Assembly (NCBI GenBank): GCA_951406725.2
Contig: OX597817.1
Location: 72,354,001 to 72,418,000, forward strand
Reading direction: 5' to 3'
Origin: Octopus vulgaris
Taxonomy: Eukaryota
Length of the DNA stretch: 64,000 bases
Shown here: piece after piece, positions 1-13,859 of the stretch
How positions within the stretch are numbered: the first letter of the stretch is position 1
How the letters are laid out: each line of letters begins with the position of its first letter
Notes under the pieces: generated by a model
What the model saw: only the letters and a program-made list of their open reading frames with translations
Told to the model about the DNA's origin: nothing
Database searches by the model: none
Position numbers and translations under genes: made by a program

Positions 1-311
1 ATTTCTAAACTTCCAGTTGTTATTGAGAACAGTTTGAGAAGAATTATTCAATCAAAAATTACATAATTAAAGCATGAAATTATAAAGGTAGTACTGAAAA
101 TGATCACATTAGACGTTTTGTGTAAACTATAAGTGAATATAATGATTAACAAGAAAGGGTGTAAATAAAGCTGAGATAGAAAGTAGTTATATGTTGTGAT
201 AAGGTGTACGAAAAAGAAAAATGTGGAAATGCACTATTGGTTCCTATTTTGAGTTCTCTGATCAGTTAATGAATATTGTGTACATTTATTACAAATAAAG
301 ACATAGTAATA

Positions 312-468
312 CGTATGTTTGTAGCATGTATGTATGTATGTATGTATGTATGTATGTATGTATGTATGTATGTATGTATGTATGTATGTACGTACGTACG
401 TATGTATGCAAATATGTATAGGTGTGTATGTATGTATGTATGTATGAGCATGTATGTATGTATGCATG
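312..468. repeat. (TATG)n microsatellite at the 3' end of the R4/Dong element
   Basis: Tandem tatg units read directly. One of dozens of such tracts in the window. Confidence 0.95.
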
Positions 469-3400
469 CCATTATTCAGTTGTCTTCCAAGATTTCTTAC
501 CAATTAAAAACGAGCCGGTTTCTGACCTAGATCCAAGGCTCCTTCATTAGAATTTCAACATCAACTACAGGGCATTTTTGTATGTATACGTGCAGATTTG
601 TTTTATGTATGTATTCTCATGCATATACTTGCATATTTGGATATGCTGATATATGCTTAAATGATAAACTTCTGGAAAGTTTTACCGATTTTTACAGTTC
701 CAGTGATGGCTTGGATCTGTAGACTTCGAATCAGCTTTCTCCTTTCTGGTTTTGAGAAGCCTAATTTCTCAAGATTGGTATTTAGTCAGTGTATTACATA
801 TCCCAGTGTCCCAATAATTACAAGTATAAACCTGAACTCGTAACCTGGATAGAGTAACTACAGATTTCTCAATAGTTCAGCGTAGGTATTCCCTTTTTCA
901 CTGATCTTCAACTCTATGTTAACATCCGCTGGGCAACTGATTTCCACAACTGTACACAGTTTCTCTTCTCTGTCCAAAATCATTATATCCGTACTATTGT
1001 GTTTACATTTTATTGAGGTTTTCACTGGGACAGTCCACAAGTCCTCTTTTTTTATTATGAGTGGCTCTGGCTTCCACTATACTGTGGGTTCTTATTTCTT
1101 TATTCGCGGGTTTATGCATTCGACTGATCACGTTGTACAGTGTCCTAGCCACATCACGTTTCATCGGTAGATAATATCGGGATGACATTTTCAGACAACT
1201 ATATATTATATGGGTGATACTTTCGGTGTTAACTCCACAAAGTCTGTATCGATTGTCACATTTTACTGTTTTTCCTGCATCTCTGTCCCTTTGTGCATCA
1301 GGTATTTAGTTGATATTTCCTGTTCATGAATTGCTAACGTTTACTCTTGAAAGTGAGAGACAGTAATCCGGTTCTTAATCCATGACAGAGTTGATGCAAT
1401 GTTTCTATCATCTCAGAGCTTTCTACTAACATATCCATGCATAGTCTTCTGCTCACATATGCTCGTCCTTTCATCTGATGATACATTGAGTTTGAGTCGT
1501 GTGACTTCTTTAGGCATATAATTAAGGCTATCAGACAAAGAATGCTGCGTTCCAAGGAGTTGCGTTCCAAGTCTTATGATGTTATCAGCATCATGCATGC
1601 AAACATGGTCAAGGGATGCACTTCGACACTTGGTTGTCAAAAGATGTTGCCGAAGATATTTGATACGACATTCAAAGGCATTTTGGATCGATGTTAAGCA
1701 TCTGCCGCCTTCTTTTCGTTTGAGGTAGAGGTGTATATGTTCCGGTTTATGTGGAAATTATGCATGCTTGTTAGTATTTTCCAGCTTTCACATCAATGGG
1801 TCGGATCTTATCAAGCATCTCAGATGTTGCTATGAGTACTGGCACTGCAAACACATTGTGAACCACTGTTTTATTGAATGCATAGAGTTCCTAGGTCCAA
1901 ATTTTCTCAATTCGGCTGTAATTTTCTTTAGCGACATGTGTTTTGTTACAGGTGCCATTGTAAGATGTGTTTTCTTCCACCCCTAGATACTTGTAACATT
2001 CCTCGTCAGATATAGGGGAAGCAGTCAAGTCATTGATGGAGATGTTGCTAGTCTGGTTTATAGTTTTCCCTCTTTTCACAACCAAGTAACATTTATCCTG
2101 ACCAAACTCCAACCCTGTATCCTTTGAAAATGTTGTAACCAGGTCAAGGCTCTTTATCATCTCGTGCATATTTTTTGCATATAGTTTCAATTCATCTACA
2201 AAGAAACTGTGCAATTTTGATATTTCTGTTTCCTTATGAACCAGTGAGATATCTCTCAGACTTACTTAACATGAATGACAAATGGTCCTTGGAATATGCC
2301 TCTGCAATACTGAATTATATGTAATAATACAGTCATTCTCTGTGTTTAATTTCAAGATGGTGACCCTCGATGAAGTCAGATCAACTATGGTTTTGACTAT
2401 GCACACTGGAACTTTAGCAAGTTAAAGGGCTTCTATCATCCATGCGTGGGGAACAAGTCAAATATTTTCTTGTAGCCTAGCCACATTGAAACTAGATTTC
2501 CTCTATGCTCCCACACCACTGAAATCACTGTTTTGTGATTAACAATTGCTTGGCACATCCCCAAACTCTCTTTTTTGCCAGTTGCTTATTCTGCTGTGAT
2601 GATGTTATTGCTTTCACAATGGTCTTAGAGGAAGGGGTCTAAACATGGTGTATATATCTGATACATTAAGTTCTGAAGTGCAATTGACCGGTAGTTTTCT
2701 GCCATGTGAATGGTTCTGCGTTTGGAGACCGTATGGTATGCTATTGTTCCCATTGAGAGCTTGATGAACAGGTTGTTAAGATATGGTCAGTAGGTTAGCT
2801 TCTTGTACAAATATCCAACAATCAAGTCTCTTCTGAATGCTTTTCCATCCTGAAGTTTCTGGATCATAGATACAAGGGTATCACAGTCAATGCTGCATGT
2901 CTTAGGTGTATTGCAGGGACAATGACTTCTCTGAATTTCTTCCAGCCACAGAGCATTCTGGTTAAACTAGTTCTCTTCACCCTAGATTATGTATTCTTGT
3001 GAAGGAGCCTCTGTGATGTGCACTGCTTCTCCTGTCATGTGTCTATATACTGCTGCGTGGTTCCGGTTAAATTTTTTGTTTATTGTTTATTTCTCGGTTA
3101 TTTTTTTCTGATGTCGGAGTTTCTCACTGACAGCTTTTTTAGCTCCTGCTTGAGGATTATTAGTTTGCAAGTGAGTGACCTCTAGTTGCTGTTTCCAAAC
3201 ATCACTTCTATCTCCAGATTTTGTTGGTGAGACGTATAGTGATTTGCGTGTTTCTATGCAATAAGCATCATCACATGGCTGATAGTCTGACGTAAATCAG
3301 CTGCCTTTAACCCATAATGGTACTTTCTTTGTTATTTCGGTTTTGTTCACTTTTTGAATGTCGTTCATGTACTGCTTTGCATGGTTCCGTTTTCTTTTAT

Positions 3401-3945
3401 AGTGTTGGGAAGAAGGTTAATTTTAGATCTTTTTTTCAATAACCTTTTTCTTGTGTTCCACAAATGTTGCTTGTTAGCGTAATTGCTTCGCAGTAAATTT
3501 ATTTAATTCTGGATGCAGATCGTCCCAATATGATTTCAGTTGATTCATATATCCTAGAGATAAGTTTTGTTTCGCTTTTTTTTTGTAGCAGTTAAATAGA
3601 TCAGTATTCACTTCATAACTTCAAGTTTTGTAATTACAGTTTCTTTTATAACTACAGCTTGAAAGAATATGTGTACCTGTTGAGCTGTTGTTTTCATTTT
3701 ATTCCTCGGTTGTGTTGTTGTTGATGTTATGTCTAGACATTTTGTTTGAATTCAAGATTCAATCGAAAATCCCTACGTTCGTGAATAAAGGTCTCCCTCA
3801 CTTAATTCATCTCAAGATTGACCAGTTATTTAACAGGGCTAATAATTGTGGCTCTAAAATTGGAGATAGTATTCATAGTATTTTTGAAAATAGTCTCTCA
3901 CGCCAAATATGCGACCTGTCGCTTCGAGTTCGCATGTAGGTCTGT
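469..3945 (-). mobile_element. Degenerate, near full-length R4/Dong-clade non-LTR retrotransposon (RT + CCHC + restriction-like endonuclease)
   Basis: Minus-strand fragments in the expected order: N-terminal GYMNQLKSYWDDLHPEL (~3500-3555), RT HSFFVDELKLYAKN..GLEFGQDKC..YKYLGV (ORF 1891-2214), CRLCG zinc knuckle (~1230-1250), SSRYYLPMKRDVAR (1003-1188), RLE KCKHNSTDIMILDREEKLCTVVEISCP (858-1040). Many stops and frameshifts. The 3' end abuts (CATA)n. Confidence 0.85.
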
Positions 3946-3984
3946 ATGTTATATATATATATATATACCATACATATATATATA

Positions 3985-4049
<65 letters not shown>

Positions 4050-4059
4050 TATACATACA

Positions 4060-5011
4060 CCTTCGACTGTGTGAGACACAGCAAGCTGTGAGACGTCATG
4101 AAGGACATGGGATTTCCTGAACACTTGGTCGCACTGTTGGCGCGACTATATCAAGATCAACAGTCATCTGTCAGAACGTCCATCGGTGACACTGAGTGGT
4201 TCGACATTGAGAGGGGTGTCCGACAGGGATGTGTTCTGTCTCCATATCTGTACAACATCTATGCAGAAAACATCATAAGAGCGATGAAGGAGAACTACGA
4301 CGGTGATGTGCAGATTGGCGGAGAATCTGAGATACCCCGATGACACAACCCTCATAAGTAACAGCAAGGACGAATTGCTGCAGATGATACGCAATGTGAA
4401 AGACATGAGTGCACAAAGTGACCTATTCCTGAATGTAAAGAAGACAACGATCTTGGTGGTGGATAAGTACAGAACAGACCAAGGTGACTTCACTGTAGAC
4501 GGAGAGATGATTCAGGAAGTGGATGATTTTGTGTACTTGAGATCCACAATCAACACCAGTGGGTCAAGTACACCAGAGATACGAAGAAGGCTCGCTTTCT
4601 CTATTGTGACGTACAGCTGCGAGTCGTGGACAGAGTGAGTGCTTTTGAAATGTGGTGTTACCGCAGAGTCCTTAGAGTGTCGTGGTCGGAGAGAAGGACG
4701 AACAACTGGGTACCAGAAAAGCTCGATTGCGAGATGACGCTTTGGCGAAACATCATGAAGTGGAAGCTACGGTTCTTTGGCCACGTCATGCGCCGTGATG
4801 GACTTGAGCGAACGATCATAACTGGCAAGGTGAACGGCAGACGTAAAACAGGCAGACCACCCACTTCTTGGCTGAAAGACATCACAGCCATGGGATTGTC
4901 TTTATTCTCAGCTGTCCATGGGGTAGAAGACAGCAGAAGGTGGCAAGACATCGTGATGACTACAGCATCGCATAGTGCGACACCTGACTAGGATGATGAT
5001 GATGATGATGA
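4060..5011 (+). mobile_element. 5'-truncated RTE-clade LINE (RT domain and C-terminus) with (GAT)n tail
   Basis: FDCVRHSKL, GVRQGCVLSPYLYNIY, NLRYPDDTTL, LFLNVKKT, AFEMWCYRRVLRVSW, LRFFGHVMRR and GRPPTSW across frameshifted ORFs 4098-4991. The tandem GAT tail (4992-5011) is typical of RTE. Flanked by (TA)n. Confidence 0.92.
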
Positions 5012-5087
5012 TATATAAACATATATATATATATACATATATATATATACATATATATACATATATAAAAATATATACATACATATA

Positions 5088-5151
<64 letters not shown>

Positions 5152-5194
5152 CACATATATATATATACATATATATATATATACATATATATAC

Positions 5195-5249
<55 letters not shown>

Positions 5250-5656
5250 TTTCTTTCTTACAAAAATATAGAACTGCTTAAGAAGTTCTCGGGTCGAACC
5301 CGAGACCCAAACATAAGATTTAAGATATAAACTCAAATTAGGCAACCCAACACATACAGTTATAAATTCGACTTAAAATGCGTATATATATATAAATACA
5401 TATTCACACATGAATATTTTCAGAAATATTTATAAAATATAAATATATATATAAATATACATAGAAATACATGTAAATAAAACCCATGTGGGATATGTAT
5501 GGAAGGAAGTGTGAGAAAAAATTAACTGGTAAAAATTTTTTTGTACTAAAATTATGAGCGGTTATGAGTTTCAGTTAAAAGATACATAGAGTTCGATGCA
5601 TTTTTAAAAATATATAAATGATATATAGGTTATATAATACAGTTCGAGGAAGTGCA

Positions 5657-5751
5657 CTTTCTACGGCCGTTTCCAAAGTTCATGTCTTGGTAGAAAAATT
5701 AATTAAAAAATCTTACAACCCATGCGGACAATGTCCTCTTCATGAGGAAAG
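5657..5751 (-). ncRNA. Decayed type I hammerhead ribozyme motif
   Basis: Minus strand: CUUUC CUCAUGA ...long stem II... GAAAC GGCC GUA GAAAG. Stem I CUUUC/GAAAG and palindromic stem III are present; core G5 is changed to C. Confidence 0.55.
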
Positions 5752-5865
5752 GTATTCTCATAAAATCACTTTCTTTACACACTTTGATTCTTACAGAGTA
5801 ATAGATATATAAAAAATTTCATTCTTACGTGAGCAAATGACTGGAGACCATGAAATGGTGGGACA

Positions 5866-5898
<33 letters not shown>

Positions 5899-5925
5899 TG
5901 TATGTATGTATGTATGTATGTTTAC

Positions 5926-6333
5926 TTTCATTCTTTTACTTATTTCAGTCGTTTGAATGTAACCATGTTGGAGCACCGACTTATCCTTTGTAAGCCTAGT
6001 GCTTATTCTATCGGTCACTTTGCCGAACCACTAGTTTTCGGGGATGTAAACACACCAACATCAGTTGTCAAGCGATAGTGGAACACCAAACACACACACA
6101 CACACACACACATACAGACACGCGCACACACACACGCACGCACACCCACCCACACCCATATATATATATATACACACACGACGGGCTTCTTTCAGTTTCT
6201 GCCTACAAAATCCACTCACAAGGCTTTGGTCGTCCCAGGCTATAGTAGAAGACACTTGCCCAAGGTGCCACACAGGGAGAGTGAACTCGGAACCATGTGG
6301 TTGTGAAGCAAGCTTCTTACCACACAGCCACGC
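5926..6333 (-). mobile_element. tRNA-derived SINE, family A (internal microsatellite)
   Basis: Minus strand has a tRNA-like head GTGGCTGTGTGG..GAGTTCA followed by GGCACCTTGGGCAAGTGTCTTCTACTATAG. The same sequence recurs more than 8 times in the window. Confidence 0.85.
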
Positions 6334-6337
6334 TTGA

Positions 6338-6368
<31 letters not shown>

Positions 6369-6382
6369 TGTATGTATGTATG

Positions 6383-6431
<49 letters not shown>

Positions 6432-6620
6432 TATCTGGAAATCAATATTAGAAACGTAAAGTATAATAGCCATCTCAATATGGCTAACCACTAAGGGTGG
6501 GTGTTACTGTAGCTTTTAGCCCCAGGAGATCATCGTCTCCAGCTGGCTTTAGGCACACTATCTGTGCCCTTATGGTATTTGCAAAGGGAGGTCATCCCTC
6601 TCTCGTAAGCCTAAGTGATA

Positions 6621-6665
6621 CGCACGGACTGCAGTTTCGAGGTATTTGCCTCTTGTCAACGCACG
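6621..6665 (-). ncRNA. Decayed minimal hammerhead motif
   Basis: Minus strand: GUGCG UUGACAA GAGG caaaua CCUC GAAAC UGCA GUC CGUGC. Stems II and III and the GUC site are intact; the first core box is two transitions from CUGACGA. Confidence 0.6.
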
Positions 6666-6902
6666 GTAATCACCGGTTTACGATGAAAAGGAAGACCTGT
6701 TTGCAAATACTTATGGGTTCTTCTAGTAACTTCCGTCACTGATTTCGAAAAATATTAGAAAGTTCTTCAAAAAGATATATATGTATGTAAAATAACTGTT
6801 GTATTAAAAATATAGATATGTATAAAAATATATGTAAATATGTATAAGTATAACTACATAATGTATATGACAGTTTAAAAGTGTTGAATTAAGTTTTTAA
6901 AG

Positions 6903-6994
6903 CATCTTACGATCGTTTCACAGAAGTGCTGTCCCTATAATGAAATCCTATATTGATAAGCATTTATAAACAACTCTTCTGCTCTTCAGAGATA
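6903..6994 (-). ncRNA. Type I hammerhead ribozyme, intact core, long stem II loop
   Basis: Minus strand: UAUCU CUGAAGA GCAGAAG-(~45 nt)-CUUCUGU GAAAC GAUC GUA AGAUG. All core bases are present, with a 5-bp stem I, 7-bp stem II and palindromic stem III. Confidence 0.8.
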
Positions 6995-7516
6995 TATTTT
7001 GTATAACATATCGAATTGTAGGATTTTTAAAAATTTGAAGTAATACTATAAAATGGTGTTCGTTTGAAAGATAAATTAAAAATTAAAAATTACTGCTTTT
7101 GATGAGAGTTTTTAAATCCATATATACTTACTTGGTTAGTCTTCTGTAATAATCCATAATATTCATATGTAAAATTCATTATATTGTCTTGTATTCCAAA
7201 TATAGTTCATAGACTTAGATAATATACAATAATGGAATCTGTATTGATAAGCATTTATAAATAACTCTTCTTCTCTTCAGTAATATCAAATGTGAAATTG
7301 GTATAATTTTACGAATGGTAGTTTTTTTTTATTACTTCATAAATTTTTTATTCATAATTTTTTTTAAAAACTACCATTCTTTAATAGTATGAATACTTTG
7401 ATACAATAAAGCACACAATATAAATTCAGTATATAATATTTAACTAAAGATATATGTATGTATATATATATATATATATACACACACATAAATATATATA
7501 TATGTATGAATGTATG

Positions 7517-7567
<51 letters not shown>

Positions 7568-7999
7568 GTATGTATGTATGGAGATATATATGTATATATA
7601 TATATAGAGAGAGAGGGGGGGAGAAATAGAGATAGATATAAATAGAGAGAAAGACAGGAGGAAACAGGATAAGAGATATACATATGTATATACATACGTA
7701 CTTTATACTTTATATATATATACCACACACACATACATTTGTACACAAGTGAGTATAATTCCTTTCTTTAATCCCATAAATATTTATATGTACGTATACA
7801 CACATACGCACGCATTCAGACACATATAGTTGTCTATTAAGTGGATACATATATGTATTGTATCATTGTCAATTCACACGGGAAAGCTTCATTCATTGCA
7901 CAACAATATGGCTGTATCTGAAAACTACGCTACCGTAAATAAATATCCAGCCCACACATATATACAGCAGTATTTCCTAACAACGCGATTCAATGCTTC

Positions 8000-8560
8000 A
8001 TTACTTCCGCCAAGGAAGGAGGTTATGTTTTCATCGGCGTTGGTTTGTCCGTCTGTGTGCAAAATAACTCAAAAAGTTGTGAATGGTATTTGATGAAACT
8101 TGCAGGAAAAGTTAGTAATGACACAAGGAACAGATGATGAAATTTTGGTCGTGATTCTTGAAGGATTTTTTATTTGTTATATTTACTTTACATGAAGTAT
8201 TACAATGTTACGTTCTTTGATTATCTCCCTTGAAAACACGTTCATCGTTTCCACTTAACCTATGGTGGCGTTGCTGTTTCCAAAGTTTATTTTCGTGTCT
8301 CTATTAGTAATTTTACTCGCGTATCTATCTCAAAATGCGCTGCTTGGCGGAGGTCCGCGGAGGATAATATAACAAGAATTGACTATTGGGATCGACTCAA
8401 AAATCTCACCGCCGCTGTGAAACTAGCGTGCTGTTGTCATTGGTGTATTATAACTGCTTCAGATGATTCTTGTTTTTAAAGTTGTTTTTTTTTTAATCAT
8501 ATGGGTGTGTTATTTTTTTTAACCCGCCAAGGAGGTTATGTTTTTGCTGGCGTTGGTTTG
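8000..8560 (+). mobile_element. Helentron-associated (HINE/DINE-1-like) non-autonomous element plus a second 5' end
   Basis: Starts TTACTTCCGCCAAGG..AGGTTATGTTTTC with GTCCGTCTGT repeats. The inverted motif CTTGGCGGAGG is at ~8343-8353, and a second CCGCCAAGGAGGTTATGTTTT starts at ~8523. Confidence 0.65.
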
Positions 8561-9465
8561 GGAAATTGGGCGATTTTCAACATGCGTGTATATGGGTGGA
8601 AATGAGCTGACTGTTTTTCTAGTTCATACTTGTTATTGTTTAGGCTCTGATTATGCAAAGGTGTTCCTCACTGTAAAAATATAGATTATGTGTGTGTGTG
8701 TGTTAGTCTCCAAACTATATCATCCAATTTGTTCTTCCTATATTGGAACAATGAAGATTCCTTGGACTTAATTCTGTCGTTGGTGGATGTCACAGTCGAA
8801 AAATCATTAGGTATGAGGATACTGAACATGAAGTTGCGTTTCATATCGTCGTAGACTTTCAGTGCTACTCAGAAGAAACTTTGCTCATCAGTAGAATAAA
8901 ATAGGTGACACCTCAATGGTAAATGCATGCACATGAGAGACATAAAGGAAACTTTTACGAAGTGGTTTGGCTACTAGAAATAATAGCTAAATTTAAATTA
9001 ATTAATACCATGCGGGTGCAATTTGATAGTCAGAAGCTGTGCGAAAAACCGTGTGTTAGTATGTATGTATGTATGTATGTATGTATGTATGTATGTATGT
9101 ATGTATGTATGCATGCATGTATGTATGTATGTATGTATGTATGTATGTATGTATGTATGTATGTATGTATGTATGTATGTATGTATGTGTGTGTGTTTGT
9201 TACATCGAGGTCTATACTTTAGACCTCCATGAAACTTCAGGCGAAACAACATGTATTTTGTCGGATTCCTTGTTTTGTTTTGTTTTTATACAAAAGATAT
9301 TGAAGCTCAAACTTTACATAAGCAAGATAATAGAAAGGTCACAGTATCAACAAAGTAACATCTCCCTATAAACGAAATTTAGATGGCAAGACAGATGTAC
9401 AAAAGGAGAAATCTACAATTGCAAACGCCTTGAGAAATCCCTTTATCAAGAGAAAATAGATAATT

Positions 9466-9658
9466 TTTTCTACTCAAGGCACAAAGCCCGAAATTTTTGT
9501 CGATTAGATTGACCCCAGTACCCAACTGGTACTTAATTTATCGCGAAAGGATGAAAGGTAAAGTCGACCTCGGCGGAATTTAAACCCAGAATGTAAAGAC
9601 ACGAAATTCTGCTAAGCATTTCGCCCGGCGTGCTAATGTCTCTGCCAGATCGCTGCCT
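9466..9658 (-). mobile_element. tRNA-related SINE, family B (Nin/Deu-like central domain)
   Basis: Minus strand ..TGGCAGAGACATTAGCACGCCGGGCGAAATG..CCGCCGAGGTCGACTTTACCTTTCATCCTTTCG..ATAAATTAAGTACCAG; repeated elsewhere in the window. Confidence 0.85.
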
Positions 9659-9968
9659 TCAGAGAAAATAGATAATGGCGTCAAATGGATATCTTTTGCA
9701 CATATTGAGAAATAACTGTTGTTTATTTTACTTTACTATTAATAACTCATTCCTTCGTTTCCAATTTGTATTGTACAAGGTCTGTAAAATAATCTTGATA
9801 ATTCTCTCAAAATATTTCATTTTAACTACACTAAAACTTATACATAATTGTGCACGTGTGTGTGAGTGTTTATGTATATATGCATATATATGTATGTGTG
9901 TGTAGGTGTGTGTATGTATGTGAGTGTGGGGTGTGTTTGTATGTGTGTATGTGCGTGTGTGTATAGAC

Positions 9969-10045
<77 letters not shown>

Positions 10046-10649
10046 CTGAAATTAAGTCACATGGCTGTTTCGTTTTCACTATTTTTTTTTTTTTTTTTGG
10101 CCTGCCGTATAATAGACTTGGACCGGTCTAAATTCAGCAAATGTTATAATTGCTATCTCATAAATCTATTATTCATATTGCTGGTCACAGATAGAATTGT
10201 AGCTTACAGCTGTTCATAATTCTTTCTCTGTGGTACAAGAAGTGAATAATGAGCTTCCTGTCTTTGATGATGAGGTAAGAAACACTGAAATAAGCCATGT
10301 CGATCTGTTTTCTAAACTCAGAGATAAAAAAAGCGTTGCTTAACCGCAGCATATATTTTTCACAGTGCACCTATAAATACCAGACTAATTGTGATCACTC
10401 ACCAATGATAATAGTACTTCAGATATATGATAGCTGCAGAGGTATAAGCAACAGTGGTAGTTTAGAATTCTGATTCAACAATGAAACTGGATAGGTTATA
10501 ATTTGAAATTTGAGTTGTATACATTTCTACTGTCGAATATATTATTATGCGTTAAAATGAAACCTCAGTGGTTCGCGTCAACTACTTTTCATAGTCTATC
10601 ACTACTATATATTGGTTTCGACCAGCAATGTTAGTGAGAGTATTAACCC

Positions 10650-10798
10650 CCATGTTTAATCGGCGCTTTCTTTATCGTCCCCGAAAGGATGAAAGGCAAA
10701 GTCGACTTCGGTGGATTTCGAACTCAGAACGTAAACCCAAAGAAATGCCCGTAAGCATTTTGTCCAGTGTGCTTGACGATTCTGATTATTCGCTGCTT
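10650..10798 (-). mobile_element. SINE family B, diverged copy
   Basis: CCCGAAAGGATGAAAGGCAAAGTCGAC..GAACTCAGAACGTAAA is shared with the other family B copies. Confidence 0.75.
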
Positions 10799-11689
10799 TT
10801 ACCACTACCTATAGATAGGAACAGATAAAACACATAGTCTGAAGATATTAGGAATGAGCTGCATCGCAAAGACATTTGTATGCCGTTGAGTGTTAAGAGT
10901 GAGATCCAAAGTTCTTTTGACAGCTTAGAAGGATGACCATACCAATTACTCTAGAATCATCAGGTCCTTCTTTTTTCTACCTTATAAACTGTCTGAATCA
11001 AAACCCATAAAATTTGGTAGTTCTGTAGCCGATGGTGAGACTTCAGCTCGGGAGTTCAGCAGTTTTGGGGAGTATAAAGTTACTCTTTAGTCACAGCTAC
11101 GCGTATTCCCATGTCTACATTGGTTTGAGTTGGTGGTACTTATCAACGACATAGATGATCCCGTGGTTAAGATAAACCGGTTTCTTAGAGAGGATTCTCC
11201 CCACTGGACATGTATCACATAGGCCCAACGGTACGACATCAAAGTACATGCTCTGATGTGAAGTGAACTAGTTCGCCTGTGTGAGGGTTTAAATGCCTCA
11301 AGAGTAAGCTCAGAAGAGCAGAGAAAAATCATGTATCTTCAAATGTTGGCATGGGTGCCAATGCTTATAGGCATGGTGCATGGAGAGGGTGAAAGAGAGG
11401 GTAAGAGAGAGAGACAGAGAGACAGACAGACAGCAAAAAAGAAAGAAAGAAAGAAAGACAAAGAGAGGCCTTCAAAGACAGATAGAGAGCTTCATAACAA
11501 AGTCTGTCATTGTATAACGTCGCCAATGATTCAATTATAAATAATTATCAAAGCAACATAAGTTGTCATTATGCATACACAAAAGCACGCGCGCATATCA
11601 TTGGATACATTGGGCACAGTAAGAAAACAATGGGGGGGGGCAAGTTTTAACAAAAATTGCATTAGTACGTGTGTGTACATCATATGCAT

Positions 11690-12108
11690 TACGTAAAATA
11701 CAACAAATAGAAAGAGGTGGGTAAATGACAGGCAACAGGACAACAAGAGAGGTTACATCAGATAAATAAAACTTCAAAATGTACAAAATGTGAACGTAAA
11801 AAAATAAAAATTAATTAACGTAAGTTAATTTCTTGGAGTCATTTTCTTGGAGAGGTGCGCTTCTTTAAAGCGCTAAAAATTGTACGCGTACCGTTGCATA
11901 GACGTGGTGGGTTCAGATCCTAGGCGAATTGAGAGTAGTCTATTCATGTTGGGGACGCGGAATTTCGAGTAAAAAATTATAAGAAAACGCATCTTAAATC
12001 AAGGAGAGCACACATGTCAAATTTGGTGAAATTCATTTTAAAAGTTGTGGGAGTAGAAGTGGTTCACACAACACACAGACAGACAACTTGCCTTTTAATA
12101 TACAAGAT
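11690..12108 (-). mobile_element. Helitron-like non-autonomous element
   Basis: Ends AAATTTGGTGAAATT..CACACAGACAGACAAC..TTTTAATATACAAGAT, so the minus-strand 5' end reads TC..TATATTAAAA + (GTCT)n. Same architecture as the 16.5, 25.9, 47.0 and 55.0 kb elements. Left boundary uncertain. Confidence 0.5.
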
Positions 12109-13811
12109 TAATCAAATATCGTTTTACTTTTTTACAACGTCCAGTCATCAATCTTGTATTTTTACTTAAACTTTATTATGCCTGGGATGATCATGTTTAC
12201 ATTTCTTTAAGTAGTTCTATCATTAGGAAGGCAACGATAAGTGGTCGCTTCTACCAATCACTACACAGCTGCACAAAAACGTTAAAAAGAACTGAATCTC
12301 TGTTTCAACGATCTATTTTGCAGTTGCTCGATCATCAGAACTATGTGCTCATATAAGTAGGATGTAAATGGTAATCCTAATGTAATACTCACGCAGTATC
12401 CACGAATTACAATATGTGACTGACTAGACTTTAGAATTAAAGGTATAATCCATTTGCCCGGTCGATTTCAGACTTGGGTTTAAAAAAATGCCGTGCAGCA
12501 GGATGAAGCATCCATCCTAGTATTTGCGGAACGTGCTTAACTATTCAGGATGACTGTGCCCACTTTCAGTACCACACTGCTTATATCAAAACAAGTTATT
12601 TATCATTATAATTAAGATAACGTACGTTATCTTAGATAAGAAATAGCATATTTAATTGGAGTGATTACTGTGGAATAGTCGTAAACCTAAGCCTTTGATG
12701 AGGCCAGATTGCATCGCAGGTTCGAGTTCATTTCACATTTTAGCAGGGAAAACAAGAACCCTTATTCCACGTACCTAAAATTTTCAGACCCTATTTTGTT
12801 TGTCTGTCTGTTTATCCCAAAGTACACTGCCTAAAGACTCGAGTCAGCAAGGATCTTCTATGTAATCGTTAGACTTGTTAGAGATAGCAGCTAAATTTCC
12901 TCAATTATACCATATTTTATTGAAAAACACAATACGGAAAAAACCGTATTGGAACGGTTGCAACTTAGATGTCCTTTATCAGGTGTAACCTGATGATAAC
13001 AACAGCAATAATCTATTCAGATATATTTTTTAGTTTTATATATTTATGGTAATTTTTTAGTACTATATATATTTGCAGTATTTTTAGCATTATATATCTT
13101 TAGTATATTTAGTAGTATATATTTATTATATTTGCTAGTGTCCTACTTACTTGCTGTTTTGAATCGTTTACATAATCGTTCAAAGGATAGGTTTTAGTGA
13201 AACTGGTTTATGCAACACACATTCGAATGACAAGAAATCGTGTTCACTTACTCATTGTACCACTACATGAAAATACAGTAAATACTGATCGTCTACACCA
13301 GCTACTAAATCTTACAAGGAAGGTAGAAGCGTCCACGCATCGCTGCACTCTAGCTTTAGCTTTTCTATTCATGTAAAAGGTCATGTATACAAATTGCGTT
13401 GAAAATTTGAAATGGGCAGAAATTGTAGCGGAGATTGTTAGTTATGCTCCACCCAAAATAAATAACGCTACAATGCAGCGATACGTACTTAGTTTTTTCT
13501 TGTTATGACCAACATTCTGATGTCGCTCATAATGTGGAAATTCCCAGTCATTGTTAGTATCTTCATAGTTCTGATGATCGCACAGTTGACAATCTTTCTT
13601 CGTTTGGCTGTTGAATAGGAACACATCATAGGAACACTTTACCTGAGCAAAAGTCAGGGAGAGTATGGACTTCAACGCTCCGCACACTTGGTTGGGTGAA
13701 ACACCGCTAAGATTAACTGTGTGAATCATGTTTCTAGGGCCAATAAATTACCAGTCATATAGTGAGGTCGATTCTTCTCTCTGATTCGCTCTCTTTCTCT
13801 TTCCTTCTCTC

Positions 13812-13859
<48 letters not shown>

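Noticed and set aside
10830-11332. Possible L1/Tx1 3'-end remnant on the minus strand
   Set aside because: Only vague Cys/Trp spacing; no motif solid enough to call.
13442-13729. 95-aa non-repetitive ORF with CxxC
   Set aside because: No recognisable domain, and ORFs of this length are expected by chance; mentioned only as part of a possible 5' region.
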